Shown piece by piece: positions 44,760 through 54,326 of a stretch of DNA of 64,000 nucleotides. Source of the stretch: an uncultured Pelagibacteraceae bacterium (GTDB taxonomy: Bacteria > Pseudomonadota > Alphaproteobacteria > Pelagibacterales > Pelagibacteraceae); NCBI GenBank assembly GCA_902624195.1, contig CACNWV010000006.1, positions 673 to 64,672 on the forward strand. The letters are read 5' to 3'. Numbering within the stretch: position 1 is the first letter of the stretch; the number at the start of each line of letters is the position of its first letter. A program made the position numbers and the translations under genes. The notes under the pieces are model-generated. The model was not told the origin of the DNA. It did no database searches and worked only from the letters and a program-made list of their open reading frames with translations.

Positions 44760-45489
44760 TAAATGTACATACCGGTATTGGATTCATTTTGTGTAAATTT
44801 TTTTCTCTTATTTTTAAATATTTTTGATAGTTTGGATCGTCTTTATTTTCCATAGCCTTCTCTAAATCTGCATAACTCATTCCAAGTTGTTCTATGTCGT
44901 TTCTTCCATCATCCCATAGACCATCTGTGGGTTGGGCATTAATTATTTCTTCGGACACACCGAGATGTCTGCCTAACTCCCACACTTGAGATTTGTTGCA
45001 GTCAGCTATAGGAGAGATGTCGACCCCACCATCGCCGTATTTAGTATAAAAACCAACGCCAAAATCCTCAACTTTGTTACCTGTTCCTACAACAATTCCA
45101 TTATTTGCTGCTGCTACTTGGTATAAAGTTGCCATTCTCAACCTTGCTCTTGAATTTGCATACGCATGCTCATTATCAAATTTATTTAAAACTTGAGAAA
45201 ATGAGTTAAAGATTTTATCCATCTCTAACAAATGATGTTCAACATTTTTGTATTTTTGTTTTAACCACTTGGCATGTGTCAAACTTAAATCATGTTGAGA
45301 TTTGATTTGTTTAATTGGCATTGTTAACACAATTGTTTTTCTACCAGTGTTTGCACATAAAGTACTAACTACAGAAGAGTCTATTCCACCCGATATTCCA
45401 ACTACTAATGATTTTGGCTTATAAGAAACATTATTGCAATAGTTGTCTATCCAGTCGGTTATTATTTTTGCTCTTTTTTTTACGTCCAT
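44752..45489 (-). CDS. nadE: NH3-dependent NAD+ synthetase (single domain)
   Basis: GISGGIDS, N.RARLRM, GFYTKYGDGG, PTDGLW. Confidence 0.93.
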   Translation of the reverse strand: MDVKKRAKIITDWIDNYCNNVSYKPKSLVVGISGGIDSSVVSTLCANTGRKTIVLTMPIKQIKSQHDLSLTHAKWLKQKYKNVEHHLLEMDKIFNSFSQVLNKFDNEHAYANSRARLRMATLYQVAAANNGIVVGTGNKVEDFGVGFYTKYGDGGVDISPIADCNKSQVWELGRHLGVSEEIINAQPTDGLWDDGRNDIEQLGMSYADLEKAMENKDDPNYQKYLKIREKNLHKMNPIPVCTFNE

Positions 45490-45520
45490 AATTAATACCT
45501 TACCTTTCTTTTAAGGTTTG

Positions 45521-45549
45521 GTCTTAATAATTACAATAATTATTAAGAC
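45521..45549. repeat. Perfect 13-bp inverted repeat with a 3-nt loop
   Basis: GTCTTAATAATTA-caa-TAATTATTAAGAC, overlapping the DAHP synthase stop codon. Confidence 0.8.
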
Positions 45550-46919
45550 GCAGCTTGAATAATTTTATTTGATATTTTTGAATTTTTCTTAATTTCCTCA
45601 GAAATCAAAAAAGCTAATTCTAATGCTTGGTCCGCATTTAGTCTTGGATCACAATGAGTCCTATATCTATTCGATAAATCATTCTCAGATATTTTTTGAG
45701 CCCCACCTGTACACTCAGTCACATCTTGACCTGTCATCTCTATATGTAACCCACCGGCATAGCTCCCTTCCGCTTGACTTACAGCGAAGAAATTTTTTAC
45801 CTCTTTCAAGACACTTTCGAAAGGTCTAGTTTTAAATCCTGTTGCAGCTTTAATAGTGTTTCCATGCATTGGATCACAAGACCATATAACTTTTAGACCT
45901 TCTTTTTTAATCGCTCTTATCAACTTAGGTAAATATTTTTCAACATTATCAGCACCGAATCTTGAAATTAATGTCAATCTTCCAGCATCATTATCAGGGT
46001 TTAAAATATTGCATAAATTTATTAATTCATCTGGATTTAAAGTTGGTCCACATTTTAAACCAAGAGGATTTTTAATACCTCTACAAAATTCAACATGTGC
46101 TCCGTCAGGTTGTCTTGTTCTATCCCCTATCCAAACAAAATGGGCTGAAGTGTCGTGATATTCTCCAGTTGTTGAGTCTACTCTTGTCATAGACTCTTCG
46201 AAAGGTAAATGTAAAGCTTCATGCGAAGTATAAAAATTTACAGTTCTCAATCTTCGATTGGTATCTGAATTAATTCCGCAAGCTTCCATAAACGCTAATG
46301 CATCACTTATTTTATCCTCTATTTCTTTATACTTACCTTTTGTTTTCTCTTTAATAAAACCCAAATTCCATAAGTGTACTTGTCTGAGGTCAGCAAAGCC
46401 TCCTTGAGAAAAAGCTCTTAGTAAGTTTAATGTAGATGCAGATTGTGAATACGCTCGAAATAATCTTTTTGCATCAGGAATTCTTGCTTTTTCTGTAAAT
46501 TCCATTCCATTAATGTTATCACCTAAATAACTTGGCAATTCTTTTCCATCTTTTTTTTCTGTGGGTGCGCTTCTGGGTTTAGAAAATTGTCCAGCAATCC
46601 TTCCAACTTTTACGACTGGAACTGAGGCTGATGCTGTTAATACTAAAGACATTTGTAAAAGAACTTTAAAAGTATCTCTAATGTTGTCTGGATGAAACTC
46701 TGCAAAACTTTCTGCACAATCTCCCCCCTGAAGTAAAAATGCTCTACCTTCAGCAACATTAGATAATGCTTTTTTTAAAGATCTAGACTCACCTGCAAAA
46801 ACTAAAGGTGGATATTTTTTAATTTTACTTAAAACTAAATCAAGTTCTTCCTTGTCCTGATAAACAGGTAAATGTTTAGCAGGTAATTTTTTCCAACTAT
46901 TTAAATTCCATTTTTTCAT
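45543..46919 (-). CDS. Class II DAHP synthase (3-deoxy-7-phosphoheptulonate synthase)
   Basis: [44 protein letters not shown]; ATG at 46919. Confidence 0.95.
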   Translation of the reverse strand: MKKWNLNSWKKLPAKHLPVYQDKEELDLVLSKIKKYPPLVFAGESRSLKKALSNVAEGRAFLLQGGDCAESFAEFHPDNIRDTFKVLLQMSLVLTASASVPVVKVGRIAGQFSKPRSAPTEKKDGKELPSYLGDNINGMEFTEKARIPDAKRLFRAYSQSASTLNLLRAFSQGGFADLRQVHLWNLGFIKEKTKGKYKEIEDKISDALAFMEACGINSDTNRRLRTVNFYTSHEALHLPFEESMTRVDSTTGEYHDTSAHFVWIGDRTRQPDGAHVEFCRGIKNPLGLKCGPTLNPDELINLCNILNPDNDAGRLTLISRFGADNVEKYLPKLIRAIKKEGLKVIWSCDPMHGNTIKAATGFKTRPFESVLKEVKNFFAVSQAEGSYAGGLHIEMTGQDVTECTGGAQKISENDLSNRYRTHCDPRLNADQALELAFLISEEIKKNSKISNKIIQAAS

Positions 46920-46984
46920 ATACAACTTGCGATATATATAGAGTAAAGATTAAAAATATTCAATAAAATATTAAATAAAATTTA

Positions 46985-47407
46985 TTAAAATGTTTCTACT
47001 TTGCTATTTAATGAAATAATTTTAAGTTCAATCCTTAATTTTGGATATTTTCTCTTGAATATCTTTTTAATTTTTTGAAAAGAATTTCTATGTACTTGCG
47101 TTTCATTTGCTTTGGAAAATTCTTTTTTTCCATTTATAATTTTGGCTGCTCCACAATCTCTATGATTAATTACTATTAATTTTCTTATATTATGTAATTT
47201 TACAGAAGTATCAAAATTATCCCAAAAAGCTTTGTGCCATCTTTTAAATTTAGATGCTGTAACACCAATAGCTGATCCTGCAATTGTAAAAGAACTATAC
47301 TTTCCAACTAATTTTTTTTTCTTTAAATAATTGTAAATAACAGGTTGGAATCTTGGATCAATGCAAGACAATACCATGGCTTTATAATTTGATTTCACTC
47401 TATTCAA
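46985..47407 (-). CDS. Small beta-carbonic-anhydrase-like zinc protein
   Basis: C-x-D-x-R (SCIDPR), AG and H-x-x-C-G (HRDCG) zinc motifs. Confidence 0.78.
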   Translation of the reverse strand: MNRVKSNYKAMVLSCIDPRFQPVIYNYLKKKKLVGKYSSFTIAGSAIGVTASKFKRWHKAFWDNFDTSVKLHNIRKLIVINHRDCGAAKIINGKKEFSKANETQVHRNSFQKIKKIFKRKYPKLRIELKIISLNSKVETF

Positions 47408-49217
47408 CTGTAACTGACTTAGCTAAATTTCTTGGTTTATCAATATCACAATTTTTTAATGAAGCTACATGGTATGCTAAAAGCTGCAAAGGAATTGTAA
47501 ATAACAATGGTGATAGGAAGCTATCCACACGAGGCACCCTTAATCTAAATCTTATATTGGTGCTTAATAAGCTTTTATTATTGTCTGTTATAAAAAATAT
47601 TTTTCCACCTCTTGCTATGACCTCTTGCATATTAGAAAGGGTTTTTTCGTAATATTTGTCTCTAGGCGCTATTACTATTACTGGTAAGCCTTCTTCAATT
47701 AAAGCCAATGGTCCATGTTTCATTTCACCTGCAGGATATCCCTCGGCATGTAAGTAAGAAAGTTCTTTCAATTTTAAAGCGCCTTCAAGAGCTACAGGAA
47801 ATGAGTTTCCTCTACCTAAAAACATTGATCCTTTAGCATCTAAAAATTCTTTAGCTATTAATTGAATTTCATTCTCAAGTTTAAAAGTACTATTTATTGC
47901 ATCTGGAAGTTTTTTTAAATTTTCTACGCATATATTATAATTTTTTTTATCAATGTCTCCTCGCTCTTTAGAAAGTTTTAAAGATAAAATATAAAGAACG
48001 ATTAATTGCCCCAAGAATGCTTTGGTTGAAGCAACACCAATTTCAGGACCGGCATGAATAGGTAATACCCAATCAGAATTTCTAGCGATTGTACTTTCTA
48101 CTACATTTACTATCGAACAGGTTTTGACTTTATTTTTTTTACAAATATCAAGGGCTGCTGCAGTATCTGCTGTTTCACCGGATTGAGAAACAAAAATATA
48201 TAAATTATTAGTTTTAAATTTTAAATTTCTGTATCTAAATTCTGAAGCAATATCTATCTCGGTATCAATAGAGGTTAATTCCTCGAACCAATACTTTGCT
48301 ACTAAACACGAATGATAAGCCGTTCCACAACCAATCAAAACTATCTTATTAATTTTTTTAGGTTCAATAGGAAAATTATAAATATTAATATCTTTTTTAA
48401 GACTATCAGTATACTCGTTCAAGCATTTCTTTATAGTGTTCGATTGCTCAAATATTTCTTTGGACATAAAGTTTTTATAGTCACCTTTGTCTGAAGTATT
48501 TTCATCATCTGAAACAGTATAAATTTTTTTATTTATTTTTTTTTGATTTACGTCGTAAAAATCGATATTATTTTTAGATAGCATACACAATTCACCATCA
48601 TCTAAATAAGAAATCTTGTTTGTCATAGATTTCAGAGCGTAAGAGTCTGAACCTAGGTAACTTTCTTCATTTGAATAACCTACAGCAAGTGGACTGCCCC
48701 TCCTTGCACCGATTATAATATCAGGAAAATTTTTGAAAATAATTCCTAAAGCAAAACTACCTTTTAACTTTTTTAAGGTTTTGAATACTGACTCTAAAGG
48801 TTCTGAATTTTCTAAAAACTGGGTTACTAAGACAGTAATAACTTCAGTATCAGTCTGTGATTTAAACTTGAAACCTTTTTCTTCAAGGTCCATTTTTAAT
48901 TCATCTGAGTTTTCTATTATACCATTATGAACCACTGAGACTTTTTCAGAAGAGTGAGGATGTGCATTAACAATATTAGGGACTCCATGAGTAGCCCATC
49001 TTACATGTCCTATACCTATGTTGCCATTTGAGGGATTTTTGAACAAAATTTTTTCAAGTTCCTCTACTCTTCCAGAACATTTTTTTTCATCTATTAAGTT
49101 TTCGCTTAAGGTAGCTAAACCTGCAGAGTCATATCCTCTATATTCTAACTTTTTTAGAGAGTTGACAATATTAATCGAAACAGGTTTGTTACTAGCAATT
49201 CCAATAATTCCACACAT
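47400..49217 (-). CDS. glmS: Glutamine-fructose-6-phosphate aminotransferase
   Basis: MCGI, EYRGYDSAG, GH.RWATHG, SQSGETADT, DKPRNLAKSVTVE. Confidence 0.98.
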   Translation of the reverse strand: MCGIIGIASNKPVSINIVNSLKKLEYRGYDSAGLATLSENLIDEKKCSGRVEELEKILFKNPSNGNIGIGHVRWATHGVPNIVNAHPHSSEKVSVVHNGIIENSDELKMDLEEKGFKFKSQTDTEVITVLVTQFLENSEPLESVFKTLKKLKGSFALGIIFKNFPDIIIGARRGSPLAVGYSNEESYLGSDSYALKSMTNKISYLDDGELCMLSKNNIDFYDVNQKKINKKIYTVSDDENTSDKGDYKNFMSKEIFEQSNTIKKCLNEYTDSLKKDINIYNFPIEPKKINKIVLIGCGTAYHSCLVAKYWFEELTSIDTEIDIASEFRYRNLKFKTNNLYIFVSQSGETADTAAALDICKKNKVKTCSIVNVVESTIARNSDWVLPIHAGPEIGVASTKAFLGQLIVLYILSLKLSKERGDIDKKNYNICVENLKKLPDAINSTFKLENEIQLIAKEFLDAKGSMFLGRGNSFPVALEGALKLKELSYLHAEGYPAGEMKHGPLALIEEGLPVIVIAPRDKYYEKTLSNMQEVIARGGKIFFITDNNKSLLSTNIRFRLRVPRVDSFLSPLLFTIPLQLLAYHVASLKNCDIDKPRNLAKSVTVE

Positions 49218-49861
49218 TATTTTTTCTTTCTCCTATAATTCTCGACTGAGATTTGTGATGTCCTTGTAAGAGCTAATGATTTTTTTTTTACATTTTTTGT
49301 TATTACAGACCCTGCACCAACAACACTGTTTTTGCCTATACTGACTGGTGCAACTAACGAAGAGTTAGAACCTATAAAAACATTATCTGCTATTTTTGTT
49401 TTTGATTTTTTAATACCATCATAATTACAAGTGATTGTTCCTGCGCCAATGTTAGAGTTTTTACCTACTGAAGTATCTCCAACATATGATAGATGATTTA
49501 CTTTTGAATTTTTATTTATAAGAGATTTTTTTGTTTCTACGAAGTTTCCTATTTTAGTGTTTTCTTTTAGTAATGTTCCTTCTCTTAATCTTGCGTAAGG
49601 ACCTACAACTACATTTCTTTCAATTTTAGTTCCCTCCAGATGACTGAAAGATTTAATATGAGAATTGTCTCCAATTTTAACATTTGGACCGATAACAACA
49701 TAGGGATCCACTGTAACGTTTTTTCCAAAAAGAGTATCTTTTGATAAAAATATTGTTTCTGGTGCCACTAAATTTACACCCTTCCTTAAAGCTTTATTTC
49801 TTAGTAATTCTTGAGAAAGCCTATACGAGTTAGCTTTATTTAATTTATTATTTGTATTCAT
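49217..49861 (-). CDS. glmU: GlmU C-terminal glucosamine-1-phosphate N-acetyltransferase domain only (no uridyltransferase domain)
   Basis: Hexapeptide repeats with GPYARLR, GNFVETK, HLSYVGD, GAGTITCNYDG, FIGSNS.LVAP; 214 aa; coupled to glmS. Confidence 0.85.
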   Translation of the reverse strand: MNTNNKLNKANSYRLSQELLRNKALRKGVNLVAPETIFLSKDTLFGKNVTVDPYVVIGPNVKIGDNSHIKSFSHLEGTKIERNVVVGPYARLREGTLLKENTKIGNFVETKKSLINKNSKVNHLSYVGDTSVGKNSNIGAGTITCNYDGIKKSKTKIADNVFIGSNSSLVAPVSIGKNSVVGAGSVITKNVKKKSLALTRTSQISVENYRRKKK

Positions 49862-49931
49862 TAAAAATTTCTTTACATTAATAATTTAACTGAAATAAGT
49901 CACAAAATATTTCTTTTTAATACTTTTAAAA

Positions 49932-50594
49932 ATGAGTCAAATTTACACTATTCTTTTTGATCTAGATGGCACTATAGTAAATACTGCTCCGGATTTAATG
50001 GCTGCACATAATCACGTTATGAGAAAATACGGTCATACAGAGAAAAAACTTGAAGATATTAAATCACTCGCAGGTAGAGGTGCTTGGGTTATGATGCAAA
50101 GATCTTTTAAGGAAAAAATTAAAGATGAGAAAATTAAAAGAGAAATGACAAAAGAGTTTATAGATTTTTACTCAAAGAATATTGATAAAAGTAGTCTTCC
50201 GATTAAAGGAGCAGTTGATTTTTTTAAATGGGCTAAAAATAAAAATATTTCTATGGCTGTATGCACAAATAAACAAGAGAGACTCGCAGTAGATTTATTG
50301 AAAAAATTAAATTTGTTGAATTTTTTTGATTATGTTGCTGGTTCAGACACTTTCTCTTTTAATAAACCTGATCCAAGACATTTAACAGATGTGGTTGAAA
50401 TAATTGGAGGAGATTTACAAAAGACAATTATGGTTGGTGATAGTGAAATTGATGCAATGTCTGCTCAAAATGCTAATTTGCCCTTTGTCCTTGTTAAAGA
50501 CGGTTATACAGAAAAAACTGAGAAAGAAATTAAACATGATGAGCTAATTTCTGATTTTGTTAATTTTGAAAAAATCCTTGAAAAATTTCTATGA
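49932..50594 (+). CDS. gph: HAD-family phosphoglycolate phosphatase
   Basis: FDLDGT, CTNK, KPDP, MVGDS..D; divergent from glmU as in alphaproteobacteria. Confidence 0.82.
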   Translation: MSQIYTILFDLDGTIVNTAPDLMAAHNHVMRKYGHTEKKLEDIKSLAGRGAWVMMQRSFKEKIKDEKIKREMTKEFIDFYSKNIDKSSLPIKGAVDFFKWAKNKNISMAVCTNKQERLAVDLLKKLNLLNFFDYVAGSDTFSFNKPDPRHLTDVVEIIGGDLQKTIMVGDSEIDAMSAQNANLPFVLVKDGYTEKTEKEIKHDELISDFVNFEKILEKFL

Positions 50595-51190
50595 TAAGTT
50601 TTGCCCTTTTTTCTGCTTTAGCAACTTTTTATTTTACTATGTTTTTCACTCCAGGTCCAAATAATGCGATGCTAACTGCTTCTGGTATGAAATTTGGTTT
50701 TGTTAGAACTTTACCGCATTTAATTGGGATACCTTTAGGACATATTATTCAGATTGGTTTGACCTGTTTTGGTTTAGCAAATTTATTTCTAATCTATCCT
50801 CAAATTCAATTTTATATGAAAATCCTTTGTTTTCTTTATTTACTTTATTTAGGATGGAAAATGATTGGATCGTTTTCAATGATCCAGAAAGAAACTGGAA
50901 GACCATTAAGATTTTACGAAGCATCATTGTTTCAATTCATAAATCCAAAAGCTTGGTCAATAGCAGTAACAGTTGCATCAGGTTTTTTTCCTACTGAAGA
51001 GAATATTTTTATAGGAGTAGCTTTTGTTACTATTACCGCAGCAATAATTTGTTTTCCAACAATAAGTCTTTGGGCTTTATTTGGAAGTGGATTGAGAAAA
51101 TTCGTTGGAGATATTAGAACAAAAAAAATTATAGAATATCTTTTGGCTCTTTTATTAGTATTAACAGGTATATTTATTCTTATTAAATAA
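50591..51190 (+). CDS. LysE/RhtB-family amino-acid exporter
   Basis: TPGPNN, YLLYLGW, FQFINPKAW; hydrophobic segments. Confidence 0.88.
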   Translation: MISFALFSALATFYFTMFFTPGPNNAMLTASGMKFGFVRTLPHLIGIPLGHIIQIGLTCFGLANLFLIYPQIQFYMKILCFLYLLYLGWKMIGSFSMIQKETGRPLRFYEASLFQFINPKAWSIAVTVASGFFPTEENIFIGVAFVTITAAIICFPTISLWALFGSGLRKFVGDIRTKKIIEYLLALLLVLTGIFILIK

Positions 51191-51196
51191 TAGCCT

Positions 51197-51225
51197 TTGA
51201 TTTTTAGTAATCTCTTTAATATAAA
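51197..51225 (+). promoter_or_regulatory. Putative sigma70 promoter of prpB (TTGATT-N17-TATAAA), near-leaderless transcript
   Basis: -35 at 51197-51202 and -10 at 51220-51225, only 8 nt before the ATG at 51234. Confidence 0.45.
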
Positions 51226-51233
51226 CTTTTCAG

Positions 51234-52130
51234 ATGCATTTTACAAAAAAGACAAGTTCTGAAAAAAGATTACAATTCGTAAAAAATTTACAATCAAAAA
51301 AGCTTCTTAGATTTCCTGGCGCCTATAACCCTTTGTGCGCAAAACTTATAGCTGAAATTGGGTTTGATGGAGTCTATATCTCAGGAGGTGTTATGTCTAA
51401 TGACTTAGGTCTACCAGACATAGGGCTTACAACCTTAGATCAAGTAAGTTATAGAGCTAACCAAATATCGAGAGTAACAGACCTCCCTACCATTGTAGAT
51501 GCTGACACTGGATTTAAAGATTGTAAAAAAACAATAATTACTTTTGAGGAAAAAGGTTTAGCTGGTTGTCATATTGAAGATCAAATTGCTGAGAAAAGAT
51601 GCGGTCATTTAGATAATAAAGAACTAATTTCTAAAGATGAAATGGTAAAAAAAATTAAAGAGTCCGTTAACGCAAGAAAAGATAAAAATTTTTTAATAAT
51701 AGTCAGGACTGATGCTAATACTGTCGAAGGAATTGATAGAACCCTAGAAAGAATTAAATCTTATGAAGATGCAGGTGCAGATATGATTTTTCCAGAGGCG
51801 ATGAAAGACGAAAAAGAATTTGAAAAAGTTAGAAAAATATCAAAAGGCTATTTGTTAGCCAATATGACAGAATTTGGAAAATCTAAATTACTAAATAGAT
51901 CGCAATTAGAAAATTTAGGCTATAATTTAGTAATTTATCCTGTGACAACTCAACGATTGGCAATGCAAAATGTTGAATTAGGTCTTAAATCAATATTTAA
52001 GGATGGTCATCAAAATAATATTATTGACAAAATGCAGACTAGAAAAAGGTTGTACGAGTTAGTAGAATATGAGAAATACAATACACCTGATAAGAAAATT
52101 ACAGATTTTTCTACAGAAGGGCATGAATAA
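51234..52130 (+). CDS. prpB: 2-methylisocitrate lyase
   Basis: GLPDIG, DADTGF, HIEDQ...KRCGH, RTDA, ANMTEFGKS; adjacent to prpC. Confidence 0.92.
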   Translation: MHFTKKTSSEKRLQFVKNLQSKKLLRFPGAYNPLCAKLIAEIGFDGVYISGGVMSNDLGLPDIGLTTLDQVSYRANQISRVTDLPTIVDADTGFKDCKKTIITFEEKGLAGCHIEDQIAEKRCGHLDNKELISKDEMVKKIKESVNARKDKNFLIIVRTDANTVEGIDRTLERIKSYEDAGADMIFPEAMKDEKEFEKVRKISKGYLLANMTEFGKSKLLNRSQLENLGYNLVIYPVTTQRLAMQNVELGLKSIFKDGHQNNIIDKMQTRKRLYELVEYEKYNTPDKKITDFSTEGHE

Positions 52131-53254
52131 TGAGTGAAGAAATTAAAAAAGGTTTGTTAGGCATAGTTGTTGATGAAACTACTATTTCACATGTGGTTCC
52201 TGAACTAAGTGCCTTGACTTATAGAGGCTACACAGTTCAAGAGCTTTGTGACAAATGTGATTTTGAAGAAGTTGCTTATTTGGTTCTTAATGGAGAACTT
52301 CCTAATAAAAATCAGCTAAAAAAATTTATTAAACAAGAGAGATCTGAAAGAAGGCTTTCTAAACAAATATTAAATGATATTAAAAAAATGCCTAGAAATG
52401 CTCATCCTATGGATGTGATAAGAACTTGTGTAAGCTTAATGGCATTAGAAGACAAAGACACAAAAGATAATTCCCCAAAAGCAAATATGAGAAAGGCGAT
52501 GAGAATATTTGCTAAAACACCAACTGCTGTAGCAGCTTATTTTAGAACAAGAAAAGGCAAATCAATTATTGCGCCAAGTAAAAAGTTATCTTTCTCAGAA
52601 AATTTCTTTAAAATGATGTTCAATAAAGTACCGGATAAAGAAATAGTCAGAGCTTTTGATATCTCATTAATATTATACGCGGAACATAGTTTTAATGTGT
52701 CAACTTTTACAGCAAGAACAATTACATCGAGTTTATCTGATTTACATGGTGCTATAACTGGAGCAATTGCCTCGCTAAAAGGGCCTCTTCATGGAGGAGC
52801 AAATGAAGCTGTAATGCATATGATGAAAGAAATTGGAAGACCTGAAAAAGCAAAAGCATGGATAGAAAATGCATTAAATAAAAAAAAAGTGGTAATGGGA
52901 TTTGGTCATAGGGTCTACAGAACAGGTGACTCTAGAGTTCCAACAATGAAACATTACATGTTTAAAGTAGCTAAACTTTTGAAAAAAGAAAAATATACTA
53001 GAATGTATGAAATTTTAGAAAAAGTAATGTTAAACCGGAAAAATATTCATCCAAATGTAGATTTTCCATGTGGGCCAACTTATTACATGATGGGAATTGA
53101 TATAGATTTCTATACTCCAATTTTTGTTATGTCTCGTATAACTGGTTGGTCTGCGCACATTATGGAACAACATGCTTCAAATAAACTTATTAGACCTTTA
53201 TCTAAATACAGAGGTGCTGAAGTAAGAGAAGTAATGCTTTTAAATCAAAGATAA
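52130..53254 (+). CDS. prpC: 2-methylcitrate synthase / citrate synthase
   Basis: LTYRGY, YAEHSFNVST, GPLHGGANE, GFGHRVY, PNVDF; coupled to prpB. Confidence 0.88.
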   Translation: MSEEIKKGLLGIVVDETTISHVVPELSALTYRGYTVQELCDKCDFEEVAYLVLNGELPNKNQLKKFIKQERSERRLSKQILNDIKKMPRNAHPMDVIRTCVSLMALEDKDTKDNSPKANMRKAMRIFAKTPTAVAAYFRTRKGKSIIAPSKKLSFSENFFKMMFNKVPDKEIVRAFDISLILYAEHSFNVSTFTARTITSSLSDLHGAITGAIASLKGPLHGGANEAVMHMMKEIGRPEKAKAWIENALNKKKVVMGFGHRVYRTGDSRVPTMKHYMFKVAKLLKKEKYTRMYEILEKVMLNRKNIHPNVDFPCGPTYYMMGIDIDFYTPIFVMSRITGWSAHIMEQHASNKLIRPLSKYRGAEVREVMLLNQR

Positions 53255-53440
53255 ATGAATTTAACTAATCTACTTTTATTTTTAATCTTAGTCACATTAA
53301 CTACATACACTTTTATGCCTTGGAAAGGTATTGACAAAGGTTCTTTAGTAAAAGTAGCATCTCAGTGGTTTATGTGGTTCGCTATTTTTGCAATCATTAT
53401 TTTAATATCTACTTTTTTTGGAATTGAAGTCTCTGAATAA
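53255..53440 (+). CDS. Hypothetical small membrane protein (61 aa, two hydrophobic segments)
   Basis: Fills the gap exactly (TAA then ATG after prpC; overlaps the next gene); two TM-like stretches around PWKGIDKGS. Confidence 0.65.
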   Translation: MNLTNLLLFLILVTLTTYTFMPWKGIDKGSLVKVASQWFMWFAIFAIIILISTFFGIEVSE

Positions 53441-54326
53441 TAATTTTTTTCAAAAAACAAGAATTTTAGATGGGGGTATGGGCCAGGAACTCCTTAACCG
53501 TGGAGTAAAACCACACGGAACTCTATGGGGAGCCTCAGCATTATATAAACGAAAATATCATAAGACAGTCGTCAAAACACACTTAGATTTTATAAAAGCC
53601 GGAGCAGAAATTATTGTAACTAATAGCTTCGGTAGTAGAAAAAGAAGGCTTATCGAAAATAATTTAGCCAAAGAATATAAAAATCTTAACGTTCTAGCGG
53701 GAAAATTGGCAAAAAAAGCTGTAGCAATGTCCAAAAAAAAAGTTTTGATTGCTGGAAGTCTTCCACCTCAAAATTTTACTTATTTTGCTGATCTTGGAAA
53801 AGATCTTAAGTTTATAAAAGAAAGTTTTAGATCCCAGGCAAAATATCTCAATCCATTTGTAGATTTTTTTTACTTAGATGTTATGAGTAGCTGGAAAGAG
53901 TGTTCATTAGGATTAAGCGCAATTAAAGAATACAAGAAAAAATTTTTAGTAGGCATACACATTAGGAGTAAAGGTTTGTTACCCTCGGGCGAAAAATTTA
54001 TAACTGTTGCAAAAAAAGTCCAAAAATATAAACCTATTGGGATTATGGCTTCTTGTGTGTCATTTGAGGATTTGAATGAAGTGATGAAAGACGCAAAAAA
54101 ACTTAAAGTACCATTTGGATTTAAAATCAATGCTTTTGAGCATATTCCACCAGGTTGGAAACCTGACTCGAATAATCCTAAAGTTCAGCTTGGAAAAAGG
54201 AAAGATCTCACTCCTAAAAAATTCCTAGAAATTTGCAAAAAATTAAAGAGTAAAGGAGCAAAGATTATTGGAGGATGTTGTGAAATTACCCCAAAACATA
54301 TCGAAAAATTAAAGTCTTTAGTGTGA
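53418..54326 (+). CDS. Homocysteine S-methyltransferase family protein (MmuM/BHMT-like)
   Basis: ILDGGMGQEL, H.DFIKAGA.I..TN, AGSLPP, a Cys in MASCV and the IGGCC zinc motif; TTG start. Confidence 0.88.
   Translation: MELKSLNNNFFQKTRILDGGMGQELLNRGVKPHGTLWGASALYKRKYHKTVVKTHLDFIKAGAEIIVTNSFGSRKRRLIENNLAKEYKNLNVLAGKLAKKAVAMSKKKVLIAGSLPPQNFTYFADLGKDLKFIKESFRSQAKYLNPFVDFFYLDVMSSWKECSLGLSAIKEYKKKFLVGIHIRSKGLLPSGEKFITVAKKVQKYKPIGIMASCVSFEDLNEVMKDAKKLKVPFGFKINAFEHIPPGWKPDSNNPKVQLGKRKDLTPKKFLEICKKLKSKGAKIIGGCCEITPKHIEKLKSLV

Noticed and set aside
49217-49861. glmU as a decaying pseudogene
   Set aside because: The frame is intact, acetyltransferase motifs are conserved and it is coupled to glmS; better read as a functional single-domain gene
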